Shown: piece by piece, positions 59,901-64,000 of the stretch
How positions within the stretch are numbered: position 1 is the first letter of the stretch
Layout: each line of letters opens with the position of its first letter
The notes under the pieces: model-generated
Told to the model about the DNA's origin: nothing
Seen by the model: the letters and a program-made list of their open reading frames with translations, nothing else
The model's database searches: none
Assembly: GCA_964188305.1 (NCBI GenBank)
Contig: OZ076901.1
Strand: one strand, 5' to 3'
Origin: Podarcis bocagei
Lineage: Eukaryota
DNA: 64,000 nt
Position numbers and translations under genes: made by a program

Positions 59901-62900
59901 CGCCCAAAGAGAGCTGCCTCCTCACACTGAAAACTGAAACACTTCAATTACTGACAAAGAAATCTCCTTCCTGACTCCCTCCTCTCATGCACGCCATCGG
60001 CCACCTTGCTGACCCAACTGAACTTCTCTCCCCATCAGTCATGTAGACACAGTGGCATGTTAGCAGAAAGGAGAGAACACCCTGATAAGGGGCGAGGCGA
60101 AGGCAGCGCCAACCAGGGCCATGGCAGTAAATCACAGTCTTCGGTTTCTTCTGAAAGGAGAGAATGCCAAAGCAGGGCAGGCCTCAAAGGGGTTTTTGTT
60201 GTTGTTGCCGGGGTGGGGGTGGGGGTGGGGAGAGAGGCCAGCACATAAATAAGTTGGAAAGGAACCGTGAAAAGACACTGGAGACTGTAAAAATCCCTGG
60301 CGCATTCACGCCACTTGGGTAAGCAGGGAAGCCGCTGATCATTGCAAGGAGCTATTCTCAAAACAAGAACGACACAGAGTGAAATTAACGGATGGAATTC
60401 ACTGCCGCAAATGTGCTGATGAGTACAGGCTTAGATGGTTTTAAAAGAGGATCAGACAAATTCACAGTGCATGGGTACATTAATGCCGTTTGGCCGGGAC
60501 AAGCAGAGCTGGAAACAAGATGCTGGCCATGTTTGGAGGGTGCTCCCTGCTCAGAAGATCAGCCACTCTACTACAGTCCCCCTCCTCCCTCCAGTCTTCA
60601 GTTTCTCCTCCCACCCAGAGAAGGTCACCTTTTAATGTTCACTGTGTACACTCAGTCCTTGGTGGGCTGTTTTGTGTGGTTCCCCCTTTGAAGATCCCCC
60701 CCCAAAAAAAACCTTGTACTTCTGCACAGCAGCCTGCCAAAGCCACCCTCTTGTCCGTGGGCAATGGCATTTTGACTACACAAGCAACAGAACCCACAGC
60801 TTGAGTCAGAAACAGAGGAACTAACAGCTGGATGGGAAGTCAATTTTCAGAGGTATTTTGTCCAGATGCTGAGGATAAACAACCTGAGAGGAACATTCCC
60901 ATAATTTCCTGCCTGGTAGCTTTGAAAAACAGGTACATTGTTTAGGATGTTACAGCACAGCACAATAATGGAGAATCCTACATGACTAATATCCCTTTTT
61001 TAAAGTTTAAGAAGGGGAACCTGGCCTCCCAATGGTGGGGGAATACATCTTCCAGCACCTATGACTGTGGGCTGTGAGATAAGAGCTCCAATACATCTAG
61101 GGTCAGAGGCCACAACTGCATCAGAACAAGCCCACCATGAAAAGGTCCCCAAGTTAGTCTTTGTCACCAACTTCAGAAACAACAGACAACACTGCTTTTT
61201 CACAGCAGTTACATGCTGGGATCTCTATAACTGTTAAGAATCAGTTTTCAATAACTCTCCTTTAACTATTATTACTTATGTTGCAGTTTTATAAACACTG
61301 TCACAGATAGAATCTTCCAATGGAACGTTGAGTAAGATGGGCAGACCTCTGTGGTCTGCACCACAAATAATTTGGGTTGTCGACAGCTTTTTTTGTATAA
61401 CCCTTAGATGTTCAGCAGCAACATAATCCAAATCCCAAATTGGGTTCAATACAGATTGGGGGCCCTCCTCCCTCAAGAATCCTCCACACCCTTCACACCC
61501 CCTTTACACTTTCCCAAGCTTACCTAGATATGGCAGCAGGGGACATTCATGGCAGTGCGTCCATTGGCTCCTAGACACTACTATAAGAACACACCGCATT
61601 GTTTAAGTGGGGCACTGGGAGACAAGGGTACTACATTTCCCATTGTTCCCGGTGACCTAGATGTTGGTGCACACACTCACAACAGCATCAGGGGCCTAAC
61701 TGAGGCCCCGATACACCTGCTATTAACCCTTCCTTCCTCCATCACACCCAATTAAATTTGGGGAAGATTACATAGTGGCAGAGAGTCAGGCAAAAATAAA
61801 ACCCAGAATCTGATTTTAAAGTAACTCCAACAGGCAGAACCCTCTCTCATTTCTGGGCTTCATTCCTTCACAAATTCTGCTTTGATCCAGCTGTGAAAAC
61901 TCTATAGTATACCAATGAAACAGTAGAGGATCCTTGCACCAGACGACAGTAAACCAATAAAATGTTTCTCCTGCCAGACCACATTGCCTTACATTATTGG
62001 CCCAGAATGCATAGCTGCTCCTCTGGAGAAGATGTATTGCTCCCCATCCCATTATTATGGGTCAGTAATAGCATAAGTAATAATCTATGCACTGCAAAGT
62101 CACTGTGAATGTTAACTCTAACTTACTGCCAATAACCAACATCATATATCTTCAATTCCCGGGCACTCAGTTTCATAAAGTAATAGTCCGTATGCAATCT
62201 ATAATGTTAATGGGTCAGAGAAAGAGGTTCAACATTATTTTGATAGAATAATTATGGGTTGGATTTTTTAAAAAATTAAAGAAATTGATGATTAAGTGAC
62301 CTACGAGGACTGATAAAACACCAGATTCCAATTCAGTCAATGAAAAATGTCTCTAGTCTTGTGGGACTCTTAAGAACTCTAACATCTTCTTAGCCTTATC
62401 ACTCTTGCACTTGATGTGAGAAGATATATCAGGCAAATGTCCATGATTTGGTAATTGAATTGTTATACTTATTATTCACTTAACTGAGTTAGAAGTTTTC
62501 TTAGGCACCCTTTACCATAAACAGATTATGACAATATGATATACAATTATAAAAAAAAAAACCTATTAGAAAAAAATCAGAAAGTCGTTGTTTTTTTTTA
62601 ATTCCCCACACCTCTGAGGATGGTGAAATTAGCAAGAGGGTCTCCTCTGCTGATCTTAACACTCATGAACGTCTATAGGAAAGGAAGCGGCTCTCACATA
62701 TTTGGGACCTGAGTTGTTTAAATGATGTAAAAATAAAACGTGGCAATCAGTGCAGCTATTATAGAACAGGGTTTGTTTCAGTTGCAAATGGCACTTCAGC
62801 TAGGAATCAGGCTGCATTATTTTGAACCAGTTGAAGTTTCTGAGCTGTCTTCAAGGGCAGCCCCACATTTTATATGTTGTGAGCAACTTTGGAAACATTT

Positions 62901-63004
62901 TTTTTGGAAAAGTGGCAGGTGCTGATGATTTCAGTGTGCTTAAAGACTACAAGGCTGCATCAAAGAAGAAAAATGCATGCAATAAATGTGATGCATTGAC
63001 TTAT

Positions 63005-63147
63005 TAGAATCACAGAATTGTAGAGTTGGAAGGCTCCACAAGGGTCATTTAGTCCAATCCCCTGCAATGCAGGAATATTCTTGTCCAACATGGGGCTCAA
63101 ACCCACAACCCTGAGATTAAGAGTCTCACACTCTACTGGCTAAGTTA
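63005..63147 (-). mobile_element. tRNA-Lys(CTT)-derived short SINE with CR1-type tail
   Basis: 63082-63147 is a degenerate reverse complement of tRNA-Lys-CTT (..GTAGAG..TGAGACTCTTAATCTCAGGGT.GTGGGTT.GAGCCCCA.GTTGG..); 63005-63075 is the CR1 3' hairpin and tail. Confidence 0.85.
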
Positions 63148-64000
63148 TTATGTATAGATGTTTGTAACATGCCTGTAAATTCACATTCCATAGCCCAAAT
63201 GCACAGTGCTTTCACACTTCCGAGGATCCTCAAGAATAGTACAATACAATATGCTCATCAATGTTGAGCTCTCTTGATTCACTCTGATATACTGTAAAGA
63301 GCCTCACTCACAAGTTACAAGCCCTAAGGTTAGCTGTTAGACCTGCTTAATTTACAGGTGATGCCACACATTCCCACCAGTTCATCTCAGTCCTGAATCA
63401 ATACATCTCCTTCATCCATTTCACCAAAATATCTTAGATATGGGTGCAAAATGTTGATGTACTTCTGAGATCTTAATGCCATTACTGGAGCACTGGGTGG
63501 TATCAAAGCAGAATTAGCCTAATTCTTCAACTAGGCAAGAAAGGGCATTTAAATCCTTTTTTTAAAAATGCTATTAATTACAATAGTAAATTGATATTAT
63601 TATTGCAAGGGAAGTGGCATAAATAACACAAGGGGCTGCAGTGGAGACAGGTGGAAGAAATTCTTCTCGCTATCACTACATGAGCTGTTTATCCAAAATT
63701 CAAAGCTTAAGAATCAAGTACCAAATGAAAGGAAAAGAGAGAGACGGGGAAAGAAAATGTTTAAGCTTTTCTGTATCTCAAAAGCTACCAAGGAAAAGCC
63801 CACTTACAGATTATTAAAATCAAGAGGGAACTGCTCTTTCAGCAGAGAGGCTACAAAATGAAGAGTGGTTTGAGGAAATTGCTTGGCACAGAATTTTAAA
63901 CAGACATTGAAAAGGTCCCAGAATCTCAAGACTACACCATTTTTATGGTAAAAGCATGGGAAGATGAGAATTGGAAAACTTTTTTTTCTCTAAGGGGTAA

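Larger units (their letters stand above)
16755..64000 (-). other. NCAM1: 3' portion of NCAM1 intron 1 (at least 47 kb within the window)
   Basis: Exon 2 starts in phase 1 and no signal-peptide exon (MLQTKDLIWTLFFLGTA-like) was seen upstream; NCAM1 is known to have a very large first intron. Confidence 0.85.

Noticed and set aside
63082-63147. Functional tRNA-Lys gene
   Set aside because: The acceptor stem and the D and T arms are mutated, and it is fused to a CR1 tail, so it is a SINE
16755-64000. Remaining 60-170 aa ORFs in intron 1 as a nested gene
   Set aside because: No recognisable domains, many non-ATG starts and no consistent exon chain; lengths are as expected by chance

Overview
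Vertebrate genomic DNA, most likely from a squamate reptile and probably a lacertid lizard (inferred from the repeat content). The whole window lies inside the NCAM1 gene on the minus strand. Seven coding exons (numbered 2-8 by the human layout, encoding Ig1, Ig2, Ig3 and the N-terminal half of Ig4) can be read between 6809 and 16754. All have GT-AG boundaries and compatible phases. Positions 16755-64000 are part of the very large first intron; the signal-peptide exon is outside the window. Positions 1-6808 are part of the intron that normally holds the 30-nt VASE microexon, which I could not find here. The rest is interspersed repeats: Tc2- and Tigger/pogo-type MITEs, hAT and Harbinger-like MITEs, BovB, CR1 and L2 LINE fragments, tRNA-derived SINEs, a probable solo LTR and microsatellites, plus several repeat-free enhancer-like blocks. 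Nearly all ORFs in the supplied track are spurious. The most unusual observation is that two non-autonomous DNA transposons with unrelated termini (1249-1860 and 8573-9944) both carry CpG-rich tandem arrays built almost entirely of palindromes, and their repeat units appear homologous. The probable solo LTR (about 31100-31919) has nested long-range inverted repeats next to its poly(A) signal. I cannot establish a new biological system from sequence alone; these are testable leads. Repeat family names and cross-species comparisons are from recall, not database searches.
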